Source of the DNA: an uncultured Chloroflexia bacterium
Lineage (GTDB): Bacteria > Chloroflexota > Limnocylindria > Limnocylindrales > CSP1-4
DNA: 64,000 bases
Reading direction: 5' to 3'
Assembly (NCBI GenBank): GCA_963720755.1
Contig: CAVRGP010000015.1
Span: forward strand, 416,001-480,000
Shown: positions 38,214 through 47,443 of the stretch, piece by piece
How positions within the stretch are numbered: position 1 is the stretch's first letter
Layout of the letters: each line of letters begins with the position of its first letter
Position numbers and translations under genes: made by a program
The notes under the pieces: generated by a model
Told to the model about the DNA's origin: nothing
What the model saw: only the letters and a program-made list of their open reading frames with translations
Database searches by the model: none

Positions 38214-39695
38214 ATGGATCTCGATCGACCCGAACCGCTCGGCGACATGCCAACGACCGACTTTCGGGCGGCCGCCTACGCGGTCGTCGACATCATGGCC
38301 GACTACCTGGAGCAGGTGGCCGCGTACCCGGTCTTCCCGGCCATCGAGCCAGGGACCCTTCGGTCGCTCTTTCCGGTGTCCGCGCCCGAGGCGCCGGAAT
38401 CCATCGAGTCCATCCTCCACGACTATGTGACGCTCATCGAACCGAACGCGACGCACTGGCAGCACCCGGGCTTCATGGCCTACTTCGCCACGACGGCCTC
38501 CGCGCCCGGGATCCTCGGCGAGATGCTGACCGCGGCACTCGGCCAGAACCCGATGGTCTGGCGGACGTCACCGATCGGGACGGAGCTCGAGCAGGTCGTC
38601 GTCGATTGGCTCCGTCAAGCCCTGGGTCTCCCGGTCGGCTTCGATGGATTGTTGACCGATACCGCATCAACCTCGAGCCTGATCGCCCTGGCGGCGGCGC
38701 GTGAGGCGGCCGGCACGGATGCGGCGTCAAGTGGACTTGCGGCGCGTCCGGAGCTGGGCGCCGGTCTGCGGGTCTACGCATCCGAAGAGGCCCACAGCTC
38801 GATCGAGAAGGCATGCATGACCCTTGGTCTGGGCCGGGCCTCGCTCGTCCGCATCCCGACCAACGATCGGTTCGAGATGGAACCGACGGGACTCCAGATG
38901 GCGATCGACGCCGACCGGGCAGCCGGCCGACGTCCGGTTGCGATCGTGGCGACCATCGGGACCACGTCATCCACGTCGGTGGATCCGATCGCCGCCATCG
39001 CGGACATCGCCGAGCGGGAGGGCGTGTGGCTGCACGTCGATGCGGCCTACGCCGGTCCGATCGCGATGTTGCCTGAGCGTCGCCTTCCCTTCGACGGCTG
39101 GGAACGCGCCGACTCGATCGTGGTCAATCCCCACAAGTGGTTGTTCGCGCCGCTCGATGCCTCGCTCCTGCTCGCGCGGAGGATGGAGGAGTTGCGGGCG
39201 GCCTTCAGCCTCGTGCCGGAATACCTTCGGACGCTGGATGGCACCACTTCCGGCCGTGACTTCAATGAGTACACACCTCAGCTCGGACGCCGGTTCCGGG
39301 CGCTCAAGCTGTGGATCCAGCTCCGCTGGTTCGGCCTGGAAGGGCTCCGTGCCCGGCTCGAGCATCACCTGGCGATGGCTGCCGCGTTCGAGTCGTGGGT
39401 GGATGCCGACCCGGATTGGGAGCGGGTCGCGCCTGTTCCGTTCTCCACGATCTGCCTCCGCTGGCGACCGGCGGACCGGCAGCTGGACGCCGCGCAGCTC
39501 GATGCCGCGAATGCCGCCATCATGGATACGGTGAACCGCAGCGGGGAGGTCTTCCTGTCGCACACCCGGCTGAATGACCGGTTGGTGATCCGGGTCGCCA
39601 TCGGCAACCTCCGAACCGAGGCCGGTCACGTCGAACGAGCCTGGGAACTCCTGCGTGAAGCCGCCCACGTGGTGAGCCTGGAGCAGGCCGGATGA
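38214..39695 (+). CDS. PLP-dependent aromatic L-amino acid decarboxylase family
   Basis: THWQHPGFMAYF, AHSSIEKA, ATIGTT, WLHVDAAY, NPHKWL, LGRRFRALKLW. Confidence 0.92.
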   Translation: MDLDRPEPLGDMPTTDFRAAAYAVVDIMADYLEQVAAYPVFPAIEPGTLRSLFPVSAPEAPESIESILHDYVTLIEPNATHWQHPGFMAYFATTASAPGILGEMLTAALGQNPMVWRTSPIGTELEQVVVDWLRQALGLPVGFDGLLTDTASTSSLIALAAAREAAGTDAASSGLAARPELGAGLRVYASEEAHSSIEKACMTLGLGRASLVRIPTNDRFEMEPTGLQMAIDADRAAGRRPVAIVATIGTTSSTSVDPIAAIADIAEREGVWLHVDAAYAGPIAMLPERRLPFDGWERADSIVVNPHKWLFAPLDASLLLARRMEELRAAFSLVPEYLRTLDGTTSGRDFNEYTPQLGRRFRALKLWIQLRWFGLEGLRARLEHHLAMAAAFESWVDADPDWERVAPVPFSTICLRWRPADRQLDAAQLDAANAAIMDTVNRSGEVFLSHTRLNDRLVIRVAIGNLRTEAGHVERAWELLREAAHVVSLEQAG

Positions 39696-40855
39696 ATGCC
39701 ATCGATGACGCTCGGAACGATGCCGTCGAGCGGCTCCGCGCACTCGACCTCGGTGACGACTTCGATCCGAGGGCGGCCGAATCGATCGTCGCTGCCGGAC
39801 TGCATCGACTGGTCGTACCTGCGGCTGCGGGCGGACTGGGCGCCCGGATGTGCGACGCCGCGGAGGTGCTGTTGGCGCTGGGGGCGGTCGACGGGTCGAC
39901 CGCGTTGGGCCTCGCGATGCAGATCCATGTCGTGGGCGCACTGGTCGACACCGACGCGATCCCAGCGGCGCTTCGGGCGGAGGTGTTTCGGGCGATCGTG
40001 GAGGACGGGGCCCTCGTCAACAACGCCGCGACCGAGGACGGCGGTGGATCACCATCCCGCGGCGCGATACCCGGGACGGTGGCCAGGTCCGATGACGACG
40101 GAAGCTGGCGACTCACCGGTGAGAAGGCCTGGACGACCTGGTTGCCGAACCTGACCCACGCATTCGTTTCGGCCCGGGTGGCCTCGGCCGATCCGCCCGA
40201 GGTGGGGAGCTGGTTGGTGGATCTTTCGACCCCTGGGGTCCGCCGCGGGCCCGGGTTTGCCGCCCTCGGGATGCGGGGATCGGCGTCGGGCCGGCTCTAC
40301 CTCCACGAGGTCCGGGTGCCCGGCGATGCCCTCGTTTCGCGTCGAATCGTCGGGACGCCGGATCCGCGTGGACCGGTCCCGGGTGCATGGTTCGGCATCG
40401 CCATCGCCGCCGCCTACCTCGGGGTGGGGGAGGGCGCCCGTCTCGAGGTCGCACGCTGGGCGCTTGGTCGCCGAACCGGGGCCGCCAAGACGTCCGTGGC
40501 GGAGATCCCGAGCGTCGAGCTTCGTCTCGGCCGGATGGACATGGGTCTTCGGGCAGCTCGGATCGTCGTTCTCGATGTCGCCCGCCGGTGGGACGCAGCG
40601 GTCGCTGCGGGGGATGCGACGCGTCTCGCTGATATCGCCACGGACGTCCCGCTTGCCAAGCTCGTCGCGACCCAGGCCGCCACCGACGCCACCGACCAGG
40701 CCCTGCGGATCGCCGGCGGACCGGGCTTCCTCGGCGGCCGCCTCGAGCGGGCGTTCCGGGACGCGCGGGCCGGTCTCATCAACCCGCCCCTCGAGGATGT
40801 AGCGCTGGCCGGGTTCGCCCGGGCCTTCCTGGATCGGATCCGCGGGTCGTCATGA
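39692..40855 (+). CDS. Acyl-CoA dehydrogenase-fold flavoprotein (YdbM/monooxygenase-like)
   Basis: DGSTALGLAMQ, NNAATE..GGSPSRG, LTGEK.WTT, GMRGSAS, LERAFRDARAG. Confidence 0.85.
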   Translation: MNAIDDARNDAVERLRALDLGDDFDPRAAESIVAAGLHRLVVPAAAGGLGARMCDAAEVLLALGAVDGSTALGLAMQIHVVGALVDTDAIPAALRAEVFRAIVEDGALVNNAATEDGGGSPSRGAIPGTVARSDDDGSWRLTGEKAWTTWLPNLTHAFVSARVASADPPEVGSWLVDLSTPGVRRGPGFAALGMRGSASGRLYLHEVRVPGDALVSRRIVGTPDPRGPVPGAWFGIAIAAAYLGVGEGARLEVARWALGRRTGAAKTSVAEIPSVELRLGRMDMGLRAARIVVLDVARRWDAAVAAGDATRLADIATDVPLAKLVATQAATDATDQALRIAGGPGFLGGRLERAFRDARAGLINPPLEDVALAGFARAFLDRIRGSS

Positions 40856-40927
40856 TCGTCGGTCAGAGTCGTTCGTCGGGCTAGACTCGGCGACGTCACG
40901 CCCAAACTCGCAACCGGAGGCATCGAT

Positions 40928-42448
40928 ATGACCGTCGAGGTCGCCACCGACTTCCCGATGCTCATCGATGGCGAGCTGGTGCCATCCGCCGGCGGTCGAT
41001 GGCTGGACGTCCGCAGCCCCGCCACGAGAGGACTCGTCGGAAGAGTCCCGGATGGGACCGAAGTGGACGTCGAGCGCGCCGTGGCGGCGGCCCGCGCAGC
41101 GTTCCGGGACGGGCGATGGCACCGGATGGCGCTGGCGGACCGGGTGGCGGTCATGAACCGGCTTGGCGATCTGATCGACCGGGATGCCGACGACCTGGCG
41201 CGACTCGAAACGCTCCAGACCGGATCTGCCTACAAGCTCCGGCGAGATTCGGACTTCGCATTCGCCAGCGACAACCTGCGGTTCTTCGCGACACAGATCC
41301 GGAACCTCGAGGGCAAGGCGGCCTACGAATACACGGGCAGCCACACGAGTTTCGTGCGGCGCGAACCGATCGGCGTGGTCGGCCAGGTGAGTCCCTGGAA
41401 CTACCCGATGTGGATGGCGATCTGGAAGGTCGGGCCGGCGCTCGCCGCGGGCGACTCGATCGTCCTGAAACCGGCGTCCGCCACCCCATTGACGACGATC
41501 CGGCTGGCCCAGCTGGCGGTCGAGGCCGGCGTGCCCGCCGGCGTGTTCAACGTGGTGACGGGTCGGGGCGATGTGGTCGGGGCGGCGCTGGCCGCACATC
41601 TCGACATCGACCTCATCTCCCTCACCGGCGATACGGAGACGGGCAAGAAGATCCAGGCGCTGGCGGCGTCGAATCTCAAGCGGGTGCACCTGGAACTCGG
41701 GGGCAAGGCACCGTTCATCGTGTGTGCGGATGCCGATATCGAAGCGGCCGCGCGGGGCGCGACGGCCGGTGCCCTGATCAACGGCGGCCAGGACTGCACG
41801 GCGGCGACCCGTGCATACGTCCATCGCAGTGTGTACGACCGGTTCCTGGCGAGGACCGCGGAACTGTTCGGCGCCGTCCGCGTCGGCGACCCGTTCGACC
41901 CGACGACCGATCTCGGGACCCTCATCTCGGATGCCCAGGTCGCCCGGGTGGACGGGTTCGTGCAGCGCGCCGTCGCGGCGGGAGCCCGGATCGTGGTCGG
42001 CGGACATCGCCCCGAGGTCGCCGGTCTGCCGGATGGAGCGTTCTACCGTCCGACGATCGTCGCCGACTGTGCCCAGGACAGCGAGATCGTTCAGGACGAG
42101 ATCTTCGGTCCGGTGCTCACAGTGATGCCGTTCGACACCGTCCCCGAAGCGCTCGAGCTGGCGAATGACACGCGCTACGGCCTCGCGGCATCGATCTGGA
42201 CACGGGATGTGTTCGTGGCGATGGAGGCCGCCCGCGTCCTCGATTTCGGGCACGTCCAGGTCAACGACCACCTGATGGTGACGTCGGAGATGCCCCACGG
42301 GGGCTTCAAGCAATCAGGCAGCGGCAAGGACATGTCGAGCTACTCGTTCGAGGAGTACACCCGGGTCAAGCACGTCATGCTCGAGCTGACCGGCGAACCC
42401 GAAAAGGGCTGGCACTACACGATCTTCGGCGACAAGCCGGCGGAGTAA
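40928..42448 (+). CDS. Aldehyde dehydrogenase (aminobutyraldehyde/betaine aldehyde type)
   Basis: PWNYP, LELGGKAP, GQDC, EIFGPV, MPHGGFKQSG. Confidence 0.92.
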   Translation: MTVEVATDFPMLIDGELVPSAGGRWLDVRSPATRGLVGRVPDGTEVDVERAVAAARAAFRDGRWHRMALADRVAVMNRLGDLIDRDADDLARLETLQTGSAYKLRRDSDFAFASDNLRFFATQIRNLEGKAAYEYTGSHTSFVRREPIGVVGQVSPWNYPMWMAIWKVGPALAAGDSIVLKPASATPLTTIRLAQLAVEAGVPAGVFNVVTGRGDVVGAALAAHLDIDLISLTGDTETGKKIQALAASNLKRVHLELGGKAPFIVCADADIEAAARGATAGALINGGQDCTAATRAYVHRSVYDRFLARTAELFGAVRVGDPFDPTTDLGTLISDAQVARVDGFVQRAVAAGARIVVGGHRPEVAGLPDGAFYRPTIVADCAQDSEIVQDEIFGPVLTVMPFDTVPEALELANDTRYGLAASIWTRDVFVAMEAARVLDFGHVQVNDHLMVTSEMPHGGFKQSGSGKDMSSYSFEEYTRVKHVMLELTGEPEKGWHYTIFGDKPAE

Positions 42449-42521
42449 GGGAGACGACCGCGCTGACTTGTCGACACGAGCCTATGATCGTCGTGTCAGC
42501 GTCGAACCAACGAGGTGCAGG

Positions 42522-42941
42522 ATGGATCACACGGCTTCAGTGCGAAAGATGTACGACTCGATCAACGCCAGAGACTTCGACGCGTTCGGCGACCTGATGG
42601 CCAGCGATTTCGTCGAGCATGAGGTGACACCGGGTCTCGAGCCGACCAAGGCCGGGGTACGCGCCTTCTTCGAGATGCAGATCGCCGGCTTCCCCGACAT
42701 GCGAATGGAGGCGGAAGACGTCTTCGGGAGCGGCGACAAGGTCGTCGCCCGCGTGCGCTACACGGGGACCCACAAGGGCGAGATCATGGGCATGCCGGCG
42801 ACCGGGAAGCACGTCGACGTGCAGCTCATCGACATGTTCCTGTTTGATAGTGACGGCCGCGTGTGCGAGCACTGGGGCGTCATGGACATGATGGGCATGA
42901 TGCAGCAGCTCGGCGTGATCCCCGAGAATCCCCTGGGCTGA
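42522..42941 (+). CDS. SnoaL-like ester cyclase
   Basis: FPDM, GDKVVAR, GTHKGE..GMPATGK, EHW...D. Confidence 0.9.
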   Translation: MDHTASVRKMYDSINARDFDAFGDLMASDFVEHEVTPGLEPTKAGVRAFFEMQIAGFPDMRMEAEDVFGSGDKVVARVRYTGTHKGEIMGMPATGKHVDVQLIDMFLFDSDGRVCEHWGVMDMMGMMQQLGVIPENPLG

Positions 42942-43105
42942 TCCGTTCCGGCCGGCGCTGGGTCAGCCGGATCCGCGACCGTCACACGGGCCGAATGGCC
43001 CCTCGATGGGTGACCACTGCACCTCCGCGTCGTTCCGCTTCTGAGCGCACGCTGAGCTATCGATCGCATCGTGTATGCAGGATCAAGGTTCGTGAGGGCC
43101 GTCCG

Positions 43106-43507
43106 ATGACACACGTCCTTGTCGTGAACCACGACCTCGACCTGGTTGGCCAGGAGGTCGATTCACTTCGCCGCTTCGGGTACGAGGTGACGGAATGCGG
43201 CGGTCCCACGTGGGGCGGCTGCCCGGTCCTTGCCGGGCACACGTGCGACCTTGCCGATCACGCGGACGTCCTGATCTACGACGCCTGGGCAGGCGGCGAT
43301 GCGGACGGCTCCAAGCACCTGATCGAGTCGCTCCGGGAGCTCCACCCTGATACGCCGATCGTCCTCACCTCGCCAGGACTTGAGTTGAGCTGGGAGGAGC
43401 ACACCGGCCCGCATTCGGTGACCGCGCTCGTCGGCCAGCCGACCGGCCAGCGGCTGCACGAGGCGATCCAGGCCGCCCTCGGCGAAAAGGGCCTGTCCGC
43501 CGACTAA
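43106..43507 (+). CDS. Atypical stand-alone receiver (REC) domain protein with Cys-rich insert
   Basis: VLVVNHD, GYEV, DVLIYD, HPDTPIVLTS; insert C-x7-C-x7-C. Confidence 0.65.
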   Translation: MTHVLVVNHDLDLVGQEVDSLRRFGYEVTECGGPTWGGCPVLAGHTCDLADHADVLIYDAWAGGDADGSKHLIESLRELHPDTPIVLTSPGLELSWEEHTGPHSVTALVGQPTGQRLHEAIQAALGEKGLSAD

Positions 43508-43621
43508 CGAGACATCTGGACCTCGCCTGCACGGGACGCTATATTCCGGAACCTGCGAGGCTCCGTCAGCGTCCGTGCCCCGAACCTCCGGTCCATATGC
43601 GCCCGCCCCAAGGAGCACCTG

Positions 43622-43786
43622 ATGTCCTTCGTCGCACTGTTCATGCTTGTCGCGGTCGGCGTCATCCTCGTCTTCCTCGGCATCCTGGCCGGAGGGAATA
43701 TCGCGATCATGGGCCTGGGCGTGGCCGCCATGCTCGGTGCCGGAGTTCTGGCGGTCATCTCCGACCGGGGCCGACGCGCCGAATAG
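43622..43786 (+). CDS. Small two-TM membrane protein (54 aa)
   Basis: AAGGAG RBS; MSFVALFMLVAVGVILVFLGILAGGNIAIMGLGVAAMLGAGVLAVISDRGRRAE. Confidence 0.65.
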   Translation: MSFVALFMLVAVGVILVFLGILAGGNIAIMGLGVAAMLGAGVLAVISDRGRRAE

Positions 43787-43844
43787 GGCACGGCCTACGC
43801 GGCGATGCATCCCCGGCGATGACCAGCCGTGGCATCATCCACGT

Positions 43845-44234
43845 ATGCCACCGATCGATGAACTGACGCGCATCGAGCCGGCCCATATCGGCCGGCTCGA
43901 CAACCAGGGGATCTTCACGACCGGCCTGCTTCTCGAGCGGTCCGAGACGCCGACCCGTCGGCAGACGCTTGCGGACCAGGTCGGCGCGGACACGACCGAC
44001 GTCCTGATGTGGCGTGACGAGGCGCTCATGCTCAACCTGGCGAGCTTCGGCCCCGGCGAGCACCGGATGATGATCCAGGCCGGGATCGAAGGGCTGCAGG
44101 AGATCCTGGCTCTGGAACTCGATGCGTTTCGCGAGCGCACCCGCAAGGCCGCGTCTGAACTCGACCTCGATCCGCCGTCGGATCTCACCATCGAGGGCTG
44201 GTGGGATCAGGCTAAGACCCTGGAAGAGGCATAG
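43845..44234 (+). CDS. DUF4332-like helix-hairpin-helix protein
   Basis: I..L..I....L...GI.TT..LL....TP..R..LA...W...LM..AGI...W..QAK.L pattern. Confidence 0.7.
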   Translation: MPPIDELTRIEPAHIGRLDNQGIFTTGLLLERSETPTRRQTLADQVGADTTDVLMWRDEALMLNLASFGPGEHRMMIQAGIEGLQEILALELDAFRERTRKAASELDLDPPSDLTIEGWWDQAKTLEEA

Positions 44235-44286
44235 GTTCGACGCTGCCCGTTCGGGCCTCTCGACCGAGACCGACTAGGATGGCCGC

Positions 44287-44979
44287 GTGAACGCGCTCGG
44301 CGGTCGTGCCGCTTCCATCGCGATCGCGGTCGCGACGGCGATCGTCATCGTGACCGTCTCGATCCTCCCGTTCCTCACGCCGCAGTGGGTCGCATTCGAA
44401 CAGGGGCGAGCGGACGCGACGGGATGGACCGGGTTCACGACCGAACAGCTGCGCACAGCGACCGACGCGATCCTGGCCGATCTCGTGTTCGGCGGCGAAT
44501 TCGACGTCGCGATCGACGGCACCCCGGTCCTGAACGAACGTGAACAGGCCCATATGGCAGACGTTCGCACGGTCTTCCGCGGCCTTTGGGTCCTTGCGTC
44601 GGTTTCGATCGTCATCCTGGTCGCTGCGAGTCGACGGTCCGATCGGTCTGGGACCTGGCGGGCCGTTCGCCACGGCGCCATCGGGTTGACTGTCGGGGTC
44701 GTGATCGTCGGGATCGTGTCGATCTTCGCGTTCGACCAGGTTTTCGAGATCTTCCACGAGATCTTCTTCCCGCCCGGGTCGTACCTGTTCGATCCGGCTA
44801 CCGACCGTCTCGTCCAGCTCTTCCCGTTCCAGTTCTGGGATGAGACGTCCATGGCGGTCGGCGCGGTCATCATCGCGATCTCGCTGATGGTGGCCGTGGT
44901 GGCGGGTCGACGCGCCGCTCGCACCGTCGTGCCGGCCCCGTCGAACAAGCTCGCGACCGGCGTCGAGCCAAGCCGTTGA
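44287..44979 (+). CDS. Integral membrane protein, TIGR01906/DUF1461-like
   Basis: E.AHMADVR..F, FD..F..FH.IFF, FDP..D.L..LFP..FW. Confidence 0.8.
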   Translation: MNALGGRAASIAIAVATAIVIVTVSILPFLTPQWVAFEQGRADATGWTGFTTEQLRTATDAILADLVFGGEFDVAIDGTPVLNEREQAHMADVRTVFRGLWVLASVSIVILVAASRRSDRSGTWRAVRHGAIGLTVGVVIVGIVSIFAFDQVFEIFHEIFFPPGSYLFDPATDRLVQLFPFQFWDETSMAVGAVIIAISLMVAVVAGRRAARTVVPAPSNKLATGVEPSR

Positions 44980-46310
44980 GTGGATCCGCACCGGACGAGC
45001 TCCTCTCCGTGGAGGCGGCCCGGGACGCGGTGCTCGCCGTGGCATCGCCCGTCGGCACCGAGCGCATCGCATCTGAGGCGGCGCTCGGGCGCGTGACCGC
45101 CGCGCCGGTCTCGGCGGTCGTCTCACTGCCGCCGTGGCCGAATTCGGCGATGGACGGCTACGCGATCCGGGCTACCGATACGGCGGACGCCACCGAAGCG
45201 TCGCCGGTCAAGTTCGTGGTCGTCGGTGATATCGCCGCAGGGGCCGCGCCGGACGGCGAAGTCCGGCCGGGAAACGCGATCCGGATCGCGACCGGGGCTC
45301 GCCTTCCCGATGGCGCGGATGCCGTCGTGCCGGTAGAAGAGACGACCCCGCTGACCCGCGGCGGGGGCGCAGGTCCACGGGGGCGCGATGCGACGGGCCC
45401 ACTTCCCGCCGCGTGTCTCGTCCATGTCGTCGTGGCGACCGGGGCGTCCGTCCGGGTCGCGGGGAGCGACCTGGAAGAAGGCGACGAACTGCTCGGGTCT
45501 GGGATCGCCCTGACCGCAGCCGCCGTGACGCTTCTGAGCGGGGCCGGCGTGGATGATCTGGTCGTACACCGTCGCCCGCGGGTGGCGGTGCTGGCGACGG
45601 GCGATGAGGTCCGGGGTCCAGGCGAAGCCCTCGGCCCTGCGGGGATCCCCGATGCGAACGGCCCCGGTATCCGGGCGCTCGTCACCGCTGCGGGAGGCGA
45701 ACCCATCGACCTCGGGATCGCCCGCGACCGCCTCGGTGACGTCGTCGAGCGTCTTCGGCGTGGCCTCGATGGTGGCGCGGACGCACTCATCGTGTCTGGA
45801 GGGGTCTCGGTCGGTCCGTACGACGTCGTGAAGACGGCCATCGAGTCGATCGGCCGGATCGACCTCTGGCGAGTCGCCGTCCAGCCCGGCAAGCCGTTCG
45901 CGTTCGGGATCGCCGACCGACCCGGTGGCGGCGCTCCCGTCCTGATCTTCGGCCTGCCGGGCAACCCGGTGTCGTCGGCAGTGACGTTCGAATTGTTCGT
46001 GCGCCCCGCGATCCGAAGGCTGGCCGGGCGGCGGTCATGGTCGCGGCCGGTCGATCGGGCCGTCCTCGGGGAGGATGTGGCCAAGAGTCATGGCCGTCGC
46101 GCGTTCCTGCGGGTGGAGGCTGAGCGGGATGGGACCGGCGCACCGGTCCGTGACGACCGTGGCCGGGTGCTGGTGCACCTTGCCGGCGGTCAGGGGAGTC
46201 ATGTCATCTCGGCGCTGGCCGCAGCGGATGCCCTGGCCGTGATCCCGGAGGCCGACGACCGGCTGCCAGCGGGCTCGGAAGTCGCGCTGTGGTGGCTGGA
46301 CGGGGCATGA
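44976..46310 (+). CDS. moeA: Molybdopterin molybdotransferase
   Basis: [46 protein letters not shown]. Confidence 0.95.
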   Translation: MSGSAPDELLSVEAARDAVLAVASPVGTERIASEAALGRVTAAPVSAVVSLPPWPNSAMDGYAIRATDTADATEASPVKFVVVGDIAAGAAPDGEVRPGNAIRIATGARLPDGADAVVPVEETTPLTRGGGAGPRGRDATGPLPAACLVHVVVATGASVRVAGSDLEEGDELLGSGIALTAAAVTLLSGAGVDDLVVHRRPRVAVLATGDEVRGPGEALGPAGIPDANGPGIRALVTAAGGEPIDLGIARDRLGDVVERLRRGLDGGADALIVSGGVSVGPYDVVKTAIESIGRIDLWRVAVQPGKPFAFGIADRPGGGAPVLIFGLPGNPVSSAVTFELFVRPAIRRLAGRRSWSRPVDRAVLGEDVAKSHGRRAFLRVEAERDGTGAPVRDDRGRVLVHLAGGQGSHVISALAAADALAVIPEADDRLPAGSEVALWWLDGA

Positions 46311-46347
46311 TGTCGACGACCGCCTGACCTGGACCCCGGAGGACCCG

Positions 46348-46938
46348 ATGGAATCGCGACCGCAACCACGCGCCGAACGACGGCGACTGTCCCACGTGGA
46401 TCGCGCCGGCCGTCCGCGCATGGTCGACGTCTCCGGCAAGCCGCCGACCGCCCGTCGTGCGATCGCGGAAGCCAGCGTCGCGGTTTCTGCCGAGACGATG
46501 AGTCTCGTCATCGATGGTGGCGGGGCAAAGGGAGACGTCCTCGCGGTGGCCGAATTGGCGGGGGTGATGGGCGCGAAGCGCACGAGCGACCTCATCCCGC
46601 TGTGTCACCCACTCGCACTGACCGATCTGGTCGTCGCGATCACCCCGGATCGACCTGGAGGCGTCCTGCGTATCCGGGCTGAAGCTGCCACGACCGGACC
46701 CACCGGCGTCGAGATGGAGGCCATGACAGCCGCTTCGATCGCTGCACTGACGATCTACGACATGGTCAAAGGTGTCGAGCGCGGCGTCGAGATCCGCGGT
46801 CTCCGGCTGGTCTCGAAGACCGGTGGCAAGAGCGGGACCTGGGTCCGCCAGTCGACCCCGGATGAGCCGTCGAAACGACCCCGCCCCGGTGCCCGGGCTG
46901 CCGGTCGCGTCGGCTCCAAGCGCAAGGGTCCCGGGTGA
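46348..46938 (+). CDS. moaC: Cyclic pyranopterin monophosphate synthase
   Basis: MVDVSGK, KGDVL, LIPLCHP, GVEMEA, IYDMVK, KTGGKSG. Confidence 0.96.
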   Translation: MESRPQPRAERRRLSHVDRAGRPRMVDVSGKPPTARRAIAEASVAVSAETMSLVIDGGGAKGDVLAVAELAGVMGAKRTSDLIPLCHPLALTDLVVAITPDRPGGVLRIRAEAATTGPTGVEMEAMTAASIAALTIYDMVKGVERGVEIRGLRLVSKTGGKSGTWVRQSTPDEPSKRPRPGARAAGRVGSKRKGPG

Positions 46939-47438
46939 GCGGTCGATCGGCACTGGTCATCACGGCCAGCGACGGCGTCGCCGCGGGAGTTCGGGTCGAC
47001 GAATCCGGCCAGCGGGTGGCCGATCGACTGACGACCCTCGGCTTCTCCGTCGAGCGGGCCGTGGTCAGTGATGACGCGCCGTCGATCGAGGCTGCCCTGA
47101 TCTCTGGTTCGGAGGCACACGCACTCGTGATCACGACCGGTGGCACCGGCCTGACACCACGGGATGTGACGCCACAAGCGACGCAGGCGATCATCGACTA
47201 CGAGATCCCCGGGTTCGCCGAGGCGATGCGGGCCTACGGTCGAGCCAGGACACCACTCGCGGACCTGTCCAGGGGTGTCGTCGGCGTTCGCGCGGGGAGT
47301 CTCATCATCAACCTGCCGGGCAGTCCGAACGGTGCCATCGAGTCGCTCGAGGCGATCGTCCCGGTCCTCGATCATGCGCTGGAGACCCTGGCTGGGCCGT
47401 ACGATCACGCCAGGGGTACAGAGACACAGGGAGGCTGA
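46935..47438 (+). CDS. MogA/MoaB molybdopterin adenylyltransferase
   Basis: ITASD, D.SG, TTGGTG..PRDVTP.AT, LSRG, NLPGSP. Confidence 0.92.
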   Translation: MSGRSALVITASDGVAAGVRVDESGQRVADRLTTLGFSVERAVVSDDAPSIEAALISGSEAHALVITTGGTGLTPRDVTPQATQAIIDYEIPGFAEAMRAYGRARTPLADLSRGVVGVRAGSLIINLPGSPNGAIESLEAIVPVLDHALETLAGPYDHARGTETQGG

Positions 47439-47443
47439 CCCGT

